In this document: positions 18,463 to 26,913 of the stretch, in pieces
Position numbering within the stretch: the stretch's first letter is position 1
Layout: each line of letters begins with the position of its first letter
Source: Candidatus Aminicenantes bacterium
Lineage (GTDB): Bacteria; Acidobacteriota; Aminicenantia; JAMOAD01
Assembly (NCBI GenBank): GCA_027070475.1
Contig: JALXDT010000014.1
Coordinates: forward strand, 1 to 29,806
DNA: 29,806 bases
Direction: 5' to 3'
The notes under the pieces: model-generated
What the model was told of the DNA's origin: nothing
The model's input: only the letters and a program-made list of their open reading frames with translations
Database searches by the model: none
Translations under genes and position numbers: made by a program

Positions 18463-19521
18463 TTAAAATAATTTATTCAATTTTTTTAAAGCTTCCATTT
18501 TTTCTCTGTTTCCTATTTTTGCTTTTTTCAAGGCTTTTTCTATTGTTTCAATTGTTTTATCATAATTTTTTCTATCCACAGGATAAGGGGTTCCATCTTT
18601 TCCTCCGTGGGCATAGCTAAAAACCACAGGATCCTCAAAGCTCGGCTTTTCTCCGTAAATAATTGCTGAAGCAAGAGATAAAGCTCTCAAAGCCTTAGGC
18701 CCTGTTCCCTTGATTTCAAGTATCTCCTCAAAATTTCTCAGATCCTTTTCATAGCTTTTTTCTGAAATTCTTTTTAAATTTTTTAAATTCATATCGGTGA
18801 GTTTTATCCAGTGATGATCAGGCATTATTATCCTTTTTATATCCTTTTCAAACTTGTCAGGGCTTTGTTTTAAAATTTCAAGAATACCCTCTTTATTTTT
18901 TCTCGATTTTTTTGATGTTAGATTCAATACATTTTTTTCTCTCTTTCCGTCAATTCCCGAATGGGGTTCTTCCGTCATATCAACAACCTTTTCCGAGTAC
19001 CAGTGGTATCTTCTTGCTCTTCTTAATTTTTCTCTTAAGCCCTGCTGAACAACAGTCCACTTTCCATCATCAGTGAAAAAAATCGTATGATGATAAATTG
19101 AATAACCGTCCTGAATGCAGGAGCTATCAACCTTTGCTGTTATTTTACTCGCTTTTATCAATGGCTCGGAAGAAAAGCCGAACTTTTCGCTTAAAGCCTC
19201 TATTACAAGAGGAGTTTTTAAAGCAGCTTTACCCTTTCCTCCTGCAGCAAAAATTTTTGCTTCCTTTGATACTTTTGCTATCGCTTCTTTCACCGCTCCT
19301 GCCGTAACTGTTGAGAGGCCTGATGAATGCCAATCAAAACCAAGGACATTTCCCAATGATTGAAACCAGAAAGGATCTGATAATCTTTCAAGTAATGTTT
19401 CTCTTGAAAATTCAGTTAAAATGGCTTCCACAATTACGGTTGAAAGCTTTACCATTCTTGAAAAAAGCCATTTGGGGGCTTTGCCCCAATGCAAGGGGGA
19501 GTCAACATAACCTGTTTTCAT
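18463..19521 (-). CDS. DUF763-domain protein (unknown function; HhH-like motif near C-terminus)
   Basis: PLHWGKAPKWLFSRM, RLSDPFWFQSLG..LGFDWHSSG, GGKG, SKVDS-like KVDSSCIQDGY.IYHH, QQG, RRYHW, FSYAHGGKDG.PYPVD. Confidence 0.9.
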   Translation of the reverse strand: MKTGYVDSPLHWGKAPKWLFSRMVKLSTVIVEAILTEFSRETLLERLSDPFWFQSLGNVLGFDWHSSGLSTVTAGAVKEAIAKVSKEAKIFAAGGKGKAALKTPLVIEALSEKFGFSSEPLIKASKITAKVDSSCIQDGYSIYHHTIFFTDDGKWTVVQQGLREKLRRARRYHWYSEKVVDMTEEPHSGIDGKREKNVLNLTSKKSRKNKEGILEILKQSPDKFEKDIKRIIMPDHHWIKLTDMNLKNLKRISEKSYEKDLRNFEEILEIKGTGPKALRALSLASAIIYGEKPSFEDPVVFSYAHGGKDGTPYPVDRKNYDKTIETIEKALKKAKIGNREKMEALKKLNKLF

Positions 19522-21221
19522 TAATTTTCCTGTTTTTTTGTGATTACATTCATATATGGATAAGGGATTTCTATTTTTTCTTTTTCAAAATTTTTCTTTA
19601 ATCTCTTTCTAAGCTCTCTGGCAACAGCCCACTGATTCCCTGCCTTAACTCTGCTTATGACAGTATATACAACTGCCGAATCACCGAAAGAATCAATTCC
19701 AAGGCAGGAAGGAGCTTCAAGCAATTTTCTTTTCCACTCCTTTTCCTCATACATCTCTTTACCTGTTCTGTTTATTATTTCTTCAACTTTGTTTGGATCA
19801 GCATCATAAGAGACACCGACTTTTAAAACAGTTCTTGCCCAATCATAGGTTAAGTTTGAAACATTGCTAATACTTCCATTTGGGATTATATGGAGAGTTC
19901 CGTCAAAAGCTCTTACTGAAATTGTTCTTAAGGAGATTTTTTCGACTGTCCCAACCTTTCCGTTTATATCCACAACATCTCCGATAGCAAGCTGTTCCTC
20001 CATAAGAATAAAAAATCCTGAAATAATGTCTTTTACCAAAGATTGAGCACCAAAACCAACTGCAAAGGATAATCCACCGGCAGCCACAAGAAGAGGTTTA
20101 TAATCGAGGCCAAGCTCTCCTAAAACCCATAAAATTGCAAAAGCCCATAAACTGATTTTAACAGCAAGAAGAATAACGGAAAACAGTGTTTTATATCTTT
20201 TTTTTCTATCCTCTGAGATTGAGGAGGATTCTAATTTTGTTAAGATTTTATGTCCTATGTTTTTTGTTAGTCTGATAAGGATAAAAACAAGAAGGAAAGC
20301 GGAAAAAAGTATTATAACACCTCTGATAATTTTTTTTCTGAGAATCTCTTTTTCCTTTTTTCTTATCAAACTGATATTTTTATCTATTTCTTTTATTCTG
20401 CTGTTTATGTCATCAATTCTGTTTTGTGAAAGATAGATAAAGGCACGGATTGTATTGAGCTTTGGGATTTCAAGGCCTAAAACCCTTAATCTCCTTACCT
20501 TTGCAAAATTTCTGTATATTAGTTTTTCAACTATATTATTTGCTTTTCTTGCTTTCTTGTCATATTCTTTAGCCTCTTTTTCCTTTTCATCTATTTTCAG
20601 AACCTGTCTTTTTTCCTTTTCCTTCAGTTTTTTAAGATTTTCTTCTTCTACGCCTAAAAATTTTTTAAGATCCTCTTTTTCTTTTAAAAGGTATTCTTTT
20701 TTTGAGGATAAGGATTCGGAGGAGCCCTCTTTTTTCTGTTTGGAAATATCCAATCTTCTTGAAATTGTTTTATATCTGTTTATTTCATTTTGCAATCTTT
20801 CAATTAGCAGACCTATTCTGTTAATTCTTTTCTGAACAGATAAAATACTTAAAGGGGAATTTCCAGTATAATTCTTTAGCTTATTATAAATCATTTGAAC
20901 AGACGAAGGGTTCTTCTTTATTACACTCAAAGCAGTCGGGAAAATTATATCTTCAAGAAGATTGTATTGTTTTATTAAAAGATTAAATTTTCTACTGTTA
21001 AAATCGACTCTCTCGACTAATTGATTTATTTTATCAAGATCTTTAAACCCAGGCATTTTTTCTGGAGAAAAATCATCAAGTGCATTGTATTGGGCGTAGA
21101 TGTTGGCTAATTCCTCTTCAGCTTTTAAAAACTTATCCGGAATTAGATTTTCATTCTGTCCAAAGCCGAAAATTAGAAGTAATATTAATAGAAAAGAGGA
21201 TACACTTATTTTTTTTATCAT
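19521..21221 (-). CDS. MscS-family mechanosensitive channel (YbiO-like core) with signal peptide and about 270 aa helical N-terminal domain
   Basis: AAGGLSFAVGFGAQSLVKDIISGFFILME, GDVV, GTVEKISLRT, DGTLHIIPNG, NLTYDW, IEIPYP; GAGGAGGT SD at 21226-21233. Confidence 0.9.
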   Translation of the reverse strand: MIKKISVSSFLLILLLIFGFGQNENLIPDKFLKAEEELANIYAQYNALDDFSPEKMPGFKDLDKINQLVERVDFNSRKFNLLIKQYNLLEDIIFPTALSVIKKNPSSVQMIYNKLKNYTGNSPLSILSVQKRINRIGLLIERLQNEINRYKTISRRLDISKQKKEGSSESLSSKKEYLLKEKEDLKKFLGVEEENLKKLKEKEKRQVLKIDEKEKEAKEYDKKARKANNIVEKLIYRNFAKVRRLRVLGLEIPKLNTIRAFIYLSQNRIDDINSRIKEIDKNISLIRKKEKEILRKKIIRGVIILFSAFLLVFILIRLTKNIGHKILTKLESSSISEDRKKRYKTLFSVILLAVKISLWAFAILWVLGELGLDYKPLLVAAGGLSFAVGFGAQSLVKDIISGFFILMEEQLAIGDVVDINGKVGTVEKISLRTISVRAFDGTLHIIPNGSISNVSNLTYDWARTVLKVGVSYDADPNKVEEIINRTGKEMYEEKEWKRKLLEAPSCLGIDSFGDSAVVYTVISRVKAGNQWAVARELRKRLKKNFEKEKIEIPYPYMNVITKKQEN

Positions 21222-21237
21222 CTTTACCTCCTCTTTA

Positions 21238-21246
21238 ATTATATCA
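21238..21246 (-). promoter_or_regulatory. Candidate extended -10 promoter (TGnTATAAT) for mscS-DUF763-AIM24
   Basis: The minus strand reads TGATATAAT in the only intergenic gap over 100 bp in the window. It lies unusually close to the SD, and the region is very AT-rich, so a chance match is possible. Confidence 0.4.
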
Positions 21247-21333
21247 GAATAGAGTAGTGTTTTTTATTTTTTATAAAAAAATTATATTTTATTCTTTTTA
21301 AGGCTTTATCCAATCTTTTTTCTATGTAATTTT

Positions 21334-22164
21334 TTAATTTTTTCTATTTAGAAGGCATAAGAATTTTTTTGCGATTAATGGAATTCTGGGACCGGGAATG
21401 ACCATATAGGGCTCTGTGATTATTTTTACCTTTTTAGAAAATTTTCCATTTAAAAATCTCTTCCATTCTTCTAATACATCTTTTTTTGTAAACCCTCTTT
21501 GATCAAGGTCAGGAATTAATTCTATTATTAGATCAGGATTATTCTTTAAAAAAAATTCTCCTGAAACTTTTGGATACAAGAGGTTACCTCTATAGAGATT
21601 GTCTCCCCCAGCATCACGTAAAAGTTCTGATAAAAAGTCTCCGTTTCCCAATATATAAATATTTTTAAAAAAATCTCTGTCTCTTGCAATTATTACAATA
21701 ACCTTCTTTCTTTTTTTTACGGATTTTTTTATCTTTTCAAGCTCTTCTTTTATAGAATGAATAAGTTCTTTCGCCTTTTTTTTCTTGTTTAAAATATCTC
21801 CAATCTCTTTTATAGAATCAAGTATGTCCTTTATTGTTCTATGTTTAAATTTAAAAATTTTTATTGGCTGATTTTTTAAAATCTCTTCTGTTTTTAGATC
21901 TTCTTTATATGTGAAAATTGCATCAGGTTTTAAAGCCATTATTATTTCATAGTTTAGAGTATAAAATGTTCCAACCTTTGTTTTCTTTGTTATCTCTTTG
22001 GGATATTGTGTATAAGATGAGATACCTACTATCCTATTTGAAACACCGAGGGAAAAGACAATCTCTCCAAGGGCGGGAGAAAGTGTTACTATTCTATCAT
22101 AAGGATGAAGTAAAAAAGAGTGTAAAATAAAAAAAAGAAAAAATAGTCTGCTTTTATTCTTCAT
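21334..22164 (-). CDS. Periplasmic cobalamin/heme/Fe-siderophore substrate-binding protein (BtuF-like helical backbone)
   Basis: Signal-like N-terminus, RIVTLSPALGEIVFSLG, IVGIS.YTQYP, KVGTFYTLNYEIIMALKPD, FLSELLRDAGGDN, PKVSGE, IPGPRI. Confidence 0.85.
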   Translation of the reverse strand: MKNKSRLFFLFFILHSFLLHPYDRIVTLSPALGEIVFSLGVSNRIVGISSYTQYPKEITKKTKVGTFYTLNYEIIMALKPDAIFTYKEDLKTEEILKNQPIKIFKFKHRTIKDILDSIKEIGDILNKKKKAKELIHSIKEELEKIKKSVKKRKKVIVIIARDRDFFKNIYILGNGDFLSELLRDAGGDNLYRGNLLYPKVSGEFFLKNNPDLIIELIPDLDQRGFTKKDVLEEWKRFLNGKFSKKVKIITEPYMVIPGPRIPLIAKKFLCLLNRKN

Positions 22165-22492
22165 AGACTACAACTGCTACTGCTAACTCTCTTATATGGG
22201 TTATCGAAACAATAAGGTTCCCCTTAATTTCTTTTTTTAACAGAATAAAAGGGGCTCCATCCTCTCTGTTTTCAACAGAGATTTCATTGAAAGGAATTTG
22301 AAAGCCGGTTGCTTTGAAGAAAGCCTCTTTTACTGCAAACCTTGCTGCATAGTGAGTGTAGGGTTCATTGAATTTTTCACAGTATTCAATCTCTCTTTCA
22401 GTAAATATTCTTTTTTTAAAAATACTATTTTTTTCAATACTTTGCTTGATTCTACTTACCTCTATTATGTCAATTCCCAGACCCTTTATCAT
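22154..22492 (-). CDS. acpS: Holo-[acyl-carrier-protein] synthase; ATG at 22492 (ORF-track start 22495 is TTG)
   Basis: GLGIDIIEVSRI, RIFTERE, AARFAVKEAFFKA, GAP, VSITH, AVAVVV; TGATG overlap with the rmuC stop. Confidence 0.94.
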   Translation of the reverse strand: MIKGLGIDIIEVSRIKQSIEKNSIFKKRIFTEREIEYCEKFNEPYTHYAARFAVKEAFFKATGFQIPFNEISVENREDGAPFILLKKEIKGNLIVSITHIRELAVAVVVYEE

Positions 22493-23799
22493 CAATCTCT
22501 CCTCTTAGGTTCAAGGGGAAGAGTATCTATTTCCTTGATTTCTTTTATTGTTTTTGAGCCATCTGATAATCCGAACTCTGAAAATTTTTGAGCTTTGGGT
22601 ATAACGCGACTATCCCATGATTTCACAGCATCATTAAAGCTTTTGTTTACATTATAAATATTTTTTGAAAGATTTGAAAAATGCTCTGAGAATTTTATTA
22701 GTCTTGCATAGAGTTCCTTTCCCTCTTTTAGAATCTGACTTACATTTTCTATCATTTTTTGTTGTTTCCATGTGAAAGCAACGGTTCTCAAAAGAGCAAG
22801 GAGAGTTGTTGGAGTTGCAATTATTACCTTTCTTTTAATTCCATATTCAATAAGGGAACTATCTCTTTTGAGTGCCTCACTGAAAAGAGATTCTAAAGGT
22901 AAGAAAAGAATTACAAAATCAAACTCTTGAGAACCGATTGCCTGATATTCCTTTTTTCCCAATTTATCTATATGTGATTTTAGGGCTTTTAAATGCTCCT
23001 GATAGAATTGCTCAGCTTCCCTATCGTTTTTAGCTTCAGTTGCTTTAAGATAGGATTCAAAAGGAACCTTTGAGTCAATAGCAATCTTTCTTTCATCCGG
23101 AAGATTTATTATCATATCTGGTATTAGCCTTCCTTTTTCCTCTGTTGAAGAAGAGGCCTGCTCAATGAAGTCGCAGTATTCAGACATTCCTGCCATTTTT
23201 ACAAGATTTTTAAGTGTAAACTCTCCCCATTTTCCTCTGCTCTTTGATGAGGACAGAGCTTTTGAAAGAGATTCTGTTTCTTCTCTTAGTTTTTCATTTG
23301 CTTTTGAAAGCTCTTCTAGATATTTTTCAAGACTTCCATACTCTTCCAATCTCTTTTTTTCCATCTCTTTTAAAAGGGAGCTATATGATTCAACCTTTTC
23401 TTTTAAAGGTTTTATAATGTTTTCAATATTTGTTTGACTTAATTTTAATGTGCTCTCTGTTTTTTGTACTGATTTTTCAAAAACAACCTTTGCCATGTTC
23501 AGGAAGTTTTTCTGGCTCTCACTTAGCACATCCCCTGAAAGAGCCTTAAAGCTCTCCTTTAATCTTTCTTCAGCTTTCTCGAGTATTTTTATCTGCTCTC
23601 TGAAATTTTTTTCCATCTCTTCCTTTTGGGTTTGAAATATGATTCTTTGTTCTCTCTCTTTTGTTAACTGCTTTTCTATCTCTTTTTTCTCCTGTTCAGT
23701 TCTTCTTTTTTCTTTTTGTGCTTTTAAAAAAAAGAAAAGAGCAGCCCCAAACCCCATTAAAAAACCGAGGATAAAAATAAATAAAAATTCTGTTCTCAT
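22492..23799 (-). CDS. rmuC: DNA recombination protein RmuC
   Basis: N-terminal TM, long coiled coil, RGKWGEFTL, PD-(D/E)xK core PDMIINLP...IAIDSKVP, FVILFLPLE, ATPTTLLALLRTV..TWKQ. Confidence 0.93.
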   Translation of the reverse strand: MRTEFLFIFILGFLMGFGAALFFFLKAQKEKRRTEQEKKEIEKQLTKEREQRIIFQTQKEEMEKNFREQIKILEKAEERLKESFKALSGDVLSESQKNFLNMAKVVFEKSVQKTESTLKLSQTNIENIIKPLKEKVESYSSLLKEMEKKRLEEYGSLEKYLEELSKANEKLREETESLSKALSSSKSRGKWGEFTLKNLVKMAGMSEYCDFIEQASSSTEEKGRLIPDMIINLPDERKIAIDSKVPFESYLKATEAKNDREAEQFYQEHLKALKSHIDKLGKKEYQAIGSQEFDFVILFLPLESLFSEALKRDSSLIEYGIKRKVIIATPTTLLALLRTVAFTWKQQKMIENVSQILKEGKELYARLIKFSEHFSNLSKNIYNVNKSFNDAVKSWDSRVIPKAQKFSEFGLSDGSKTIKEIKEIDTLPLEPKRRD

Positions 23800-23823
23800 A
23801 TTTTATATTTATCATAAATCATA

Positions 23824-23829
23824 TATAAT
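23824..23829 (+). promoter_or_regulatory. Candidate -10 box for the moaD-moaE-glnA-glycan operon
   Basis: TATAAT in the 42-bp divergent gap, 12 nt before the moaD ATG. Only a weak -35 (TTTATA at 23802-23807); AT-rich context. Confidence 0.3.
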
Positions 23830-23841
23830 ATAAAGGGAAAG

Positions 23842-24078
23842 ATGCTAATAAGAGTTAAATTTTTTGGAGAGTTAAAAGAAAAAACGGGAAAAAGAAGCGT
23901 GGAATTGACTCTTGAACCTTTAAAAATAAGAAGAGAAGATTTAATCCGAATTTTAGAGAAAGAGTTTGATATTCCGAAAGAAAAGATTTTTAATGTAGCT
24001 GTTAATAATTCTCTTTCAGAAGATTTTATCGAAGATGGAGACACTGTTTCAATTCATCCAGTCTATAGGGGCGGGTGA
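23842..24078 (+). CDS. moaD: Molybdopterin synthase sulfur carrier subunit (MoaD/ThiS family)
   Basis: IRVKFFGELKEKTG, NVAVN, DGDTVSI, C-terminal GG; adjacent to moaE. Confidence 0.85.
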   Translation: MLIRVKFFGELKEKTGKRSVELTLEPLKIRREDLIRILEKEFDIPKEKIFNVAVNNSLSEDFIEDGDTVSIHPVYRGG

Positions 24079-24482
24079 TGGAATACAGAATTGTTATAGA
24101 TAGAAAAGCCCCTTCTATTGATGATGTAAAAAATTTTTTACTTACAGAAAAAAGCGGGGCTATTTTCATATTTAATGGGATTGTTAGAAACTCAAATAGA
24201 AAAAAAGAGGTTGCATATTTAGAGTATGAAGTTGATGAGGAAACAGGAAAATCTGTTTTAAAAGAATATTTAAAAAATTTTGAAAGTAGAATTCAAAAAG
24301 CTTTTATTTTTCAACCTACAGGGAAATTAAGTGTTGGTGATGACACATTAATAATCGGAGCAAGTTCCTATTCAAGAGAGGAATCATTTGACGCTGTCAG
24401 AAATATCTTAGAGTTTATGAAACATAAATTTCCTGTGTGGAAAAAAGAATATTATAAAGATGGCGAAAACCATTGGTTATAA
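24078..24482 (+). CDS. moaE: Molybdopterin synthase catalytic subunit; ATG 24078 (TGATG overlap) or GTG 24075
   Basis: GAIFIFNGIVRN, LEYE, GKLSVGD, SREESF, KHKFPVWKKEYY.DG..HW. Confidence 0.9.
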   Translation: MEYRIVIDRKAPSIDDVKNFLLTEKSGAIFIFNGIVRNSNRKKEVAYLEYEVDEETGKSVLKEYLKNFESRIQKAFIFQPTGKLSVGDDTLIIGASSYSREESFDAVRNILEFMKHKFPVWKKEYYKDGENHWL

Positions 24483-24489
24483 AGGAGGT
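24482..24489 (+). promoter_or_regulatory. Strong Shine-Dalgarno site of glnA
   Basis: AAGGAGGT 5 nt upstream of ATG 24495. Confidence 0.8.
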
Positions 24490-24494
24490 AAAAA

Positions 24495-25817
24495 ATGGAT
24501 GCAAAAGAGGTAAAGAAAATTATTGAAAAGGAGGATGTAAAATTCCTTCAGTTATGGTTTGTAGATTTAGAAAGCAATTTAAAAACTGTAAATGTATTCA
24601 GGGATCAGATTAACAGTGTAATTGAAGAAGGAGCCTCTTTTGACGGGAGTTCTATAAGAGGTTTTACGAGGATTGAAGAGAGTGATATGTTTCTCCGACC
24701 GGATTTTTCTACTTTTGCTATTCTTCCTTTTGAAGTAGAAGGGGGAAAGATAGCGAGAGTTTTTTGTGATGTGTTAAAACCCAATGGGGAATGCTATGAA
24801 GATGCTCCCCGCACAATCTTAAAAAAGAATTTGCAGGAATTAAAAGAAAATTGGGGATATACCTTTTATGTAGGTCCGGAACTTGAATTTTTTTACTTTA
24901 AAAAACCATTTGAAATAGAGTTTATTGATTACAATGGGTATTTTGACCTTATTTCTCCTGACACTGGAGAGGATTTGCTAAGAAAAACAGTGTATATTCT
25001 TCAAAAGCTTGGAATAAAGGTTGAATATATTCACCATGAAGTTTCGCCATCTCAGTATGAACTTGATTTTAAGTATTCAGATGCCTTAACGATGGCAGAT
25101 AATCTAATCACTGCCAAATATATAGTTAAAAGGGTAGCGATAGAAAATGGGTATTATGCTACATTTATGCCAAAACCTGTTGAGGGTATAAATGGTAGTG
25201 GATTGCATGTTCATCAATCACTTTTTAAAGGAAATAAAAATGCTTTTTATTCTAAAGACAGCAAATCGGGATTGTCTGAAGTTGGTGAATTTTATGTGGC
25301 CGGTTTGTTAAACCATGCTAAAGAGATAACACTTATAACAAACCAGTGGGTCAATTCTTACAAAAGACTTGTTCCGGGATATGAAGCTCCTGTATATATT
25401 TCATGGGGAAGGAGCAACAGATCTCCTTTGATTAGAGTGCCAGCTGTAAGGGAAGGAAATACAAAATCAACAAGGATTGAATACAGATCCCCGGATCCAG
25501 CAGCAAACCCATATCTATTATTTTCTGTTCTTTTAAAAGCAGGAATGAAGGGAGTAGAAAACAGGTATAGCCTTGTTAAACCGCAGGAAGAAAATATTTA
25601 TAAATTTGATTATTTTAAAAGAAAGGAAGAGGGAATAGATTCATTACCAGGTAGTCTTATTGAAGCTATTATGGAGGCTGAAAGAGGAACAGTTATAAAA
25701 GAGACCTTAGGTGAATCTGCCTATGAAAAAATTATTATGTCAAAAAAGATTCATTGGGATGAATTCAGGATTAAAGTAACTGATTATGAGATAAAAAAGT
25801 ATCTACCGGTTCTTTAA
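24495..25817 (+). CDS. glnA: Glutamine synthetase type I (GSI-alpha length class, 440 aa)
   Basis: FDGSSIRGF, VGPELEFF, HHEVSPSQYE, ATFMPKP..GINGSGLHVHQSL, NSYKRLVPGYEAP (Glu flap present), NRSPLIRVP, RIEYRSPDPAANPY. Confidence 0.96.
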   Translation: MDAKEVKKIIEKEDVKFLQLWFVDLESNLKTVNVFRDQINSVIEEGASFDGSSIRGFTRIEESDMFLRPDFSTFAILPFEVEGGKIARVFCDVLKPNGECYEDAPRTILKKNLQELKENWGYTFYVGPELEFFYFKKPFEIEFIDYNGYFDLISPDTGEDLLRKTVYILQKLGIKVEYIHHEVSPSQYELDFKYSDALTMADNLITAKYIVKRVAIENGYYATFMPKPVEGINGSGLHVHQSLFKGNKNAFYSKDSKSGLSEVGEFYVAGLLNHAKEITLITNQWVNSYKRLVPGYEAPVYISWGRSNRSPLIRVPAVREGNTKSTRIEYRSPDPAANPYLLFSVLLKAGMKGVENRYSLVKPQEENIYKFDYFKRKEEGIDSLPGSLIEAIMEAERGTVIKETLGESAYEKIIMSKKIHWDEFRIKVTDYEIKKYLPVL

Positions 25818-25819
25818 AA

Positions 25820-26913
25820 GTGGATAAAAATAAGATTAAAATTTTATTTATAGCTCAAACACCTCCTCCCTATCACGGAGCTTCATTGAGGAATCTTGAA
25901 TTATTGGAGAGTCTAAAAAAAAAAGTGAATTTATATTAAAGTATATTCCTCTTCAACTCACATCTAAGATAGAAGAGTTAGATAGGTTTTCACTATCTAA
26001 AATAATAAAAACTGTTAAAGTCTTTTTTTTATTGGTAAAAGAGCAGTTTATTTTCAGACCGCACATAGTTTTTTATAATTTTTCCCCAAACAGATGGGCT
26101 TTTTTGAGGGATTTTATTTTCTCCGTGTTTTTGAAATTTTTTCCTTCAAGAAAAGTTTTTGTTATAAGGGAACAGATTAAAGAGAATAAAATAAAAAAAT
26201 TTTTTCTTCGATTTTCATTTTCCAAAGGAATAGTGATTGTTTTATCTGAAAGCTATAAAAATAAATTTAAAACCTTTTTAAAAGGTTTAAGAATAGAGGT
26301 TATTAATGATGGTCTTATTCCTATCTCTGAAAAAGAGATAAAGAGGAAGCATTTTAAAAAACCTCCTCTTATTCTTTTTCTTTCAAATCTTGTCAAAGAT
26401 AAAGGTATATTTGTTTTTTTGGAAGCATTAAAAATTCTAAAAAAGAGAAATATTGATTTTAAATCCATAATTGCCGGAACTCCTATTGAATTAACAGAGA
26501 AGGATCTGAAAAATTTTTTGGTAGAATCAGGACTTTACAACAAGGTAGAATACAGAGGATATGTGAAAGGAAAGGAGAAGATTGACACCTATTTAAATTC
26601 TGATATTTTTGTTCTACCAACTTTAAAAGAAACATTTCCCGGAGTAATTTTGGAAGCGATGGAATTTGCTTTGCCTGTAATTAGCACTCAGGAAGGAGGG
26701 ATTCCGGATATTGTCGTTGAAGGAGAAACAGGTTTTCTTGTAGAGAAAAACAATGCCTATAACTTAGCTGAGAAGATAGAGTTTTTAGTAAAGAATGAAG
26801 AATTAGCGATTAAGATGGGAGAGAAAGGGAGAAAAAGATTTTTAAGTAATTTCACTTTTGATAAAATGGAAAAAAGATATTTAGAATTGTTTGAAAGGAT
26901 TTTAGATGAATGA
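25820..26913 (+). CDS. GT4 (RfaG/group 1) glycosyltransferase split by a frameshift at an A10 run; ORF track shows only the 3' part, 26032-26913
   Basis: GTG 25820, 2 nt after the glnA stop, opens VDKNKIKILFIAQTPPPYHGASLRNLELLESLKKK and stops at TAA 25937-25939. The -1 frame is open from 25900 to 26913 (KSEFILKYIPLQLTSK...LFLSNLVKDKG...ETFPGVILEAM...GGIPD). One extra A restores a 364-aa protein. Confidence 0.85.
25915..25924 (+). repeat. A10 homopolymer at the GT4 frameshift junction
   Basis: ...gagagtctAAAAAAAAAAgtgaattt...; A8 or A11 would be in frame. Confidence 0.9.

Noticed and set aside
18572-18580. CTATCCACA, one mismatch from the DnaA box TTATCCACA
   Set aside because: Single, imperfect and inside DUF763; no box cluster or unwinding element, so oriC is not in this window.
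21611-21624. GCATCACGTAAAAG as a possible second parS
   Set aside because: Only the CACGT core matches; there is no inverted-repeat symmetry.
21222-23841. Cobalamin riboswitch before the btuF-like gene, Moco riboswitch before moaD, or sRNA in the intergenic gaps
   Set aside because: btuF overlaps acpS. The 112-bp and 42-bp gaps are nearly pure A/T with no pairing potential for such folds.
1094-26468. Many short antisense or alternate-frame ORFs in the track (e.g. 1094-1321, 5559-5963, 9316-9843, 12180-12527, 12889-13245, 17959-18234, 20455-20835, 23796-24044, 26253-26468)
   Set aside because: Each lies wholly or mostly within a confidently assigned gene and has F/S/L/I-rich shadow composition. 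None shows a recognisable motif or convincing SD.
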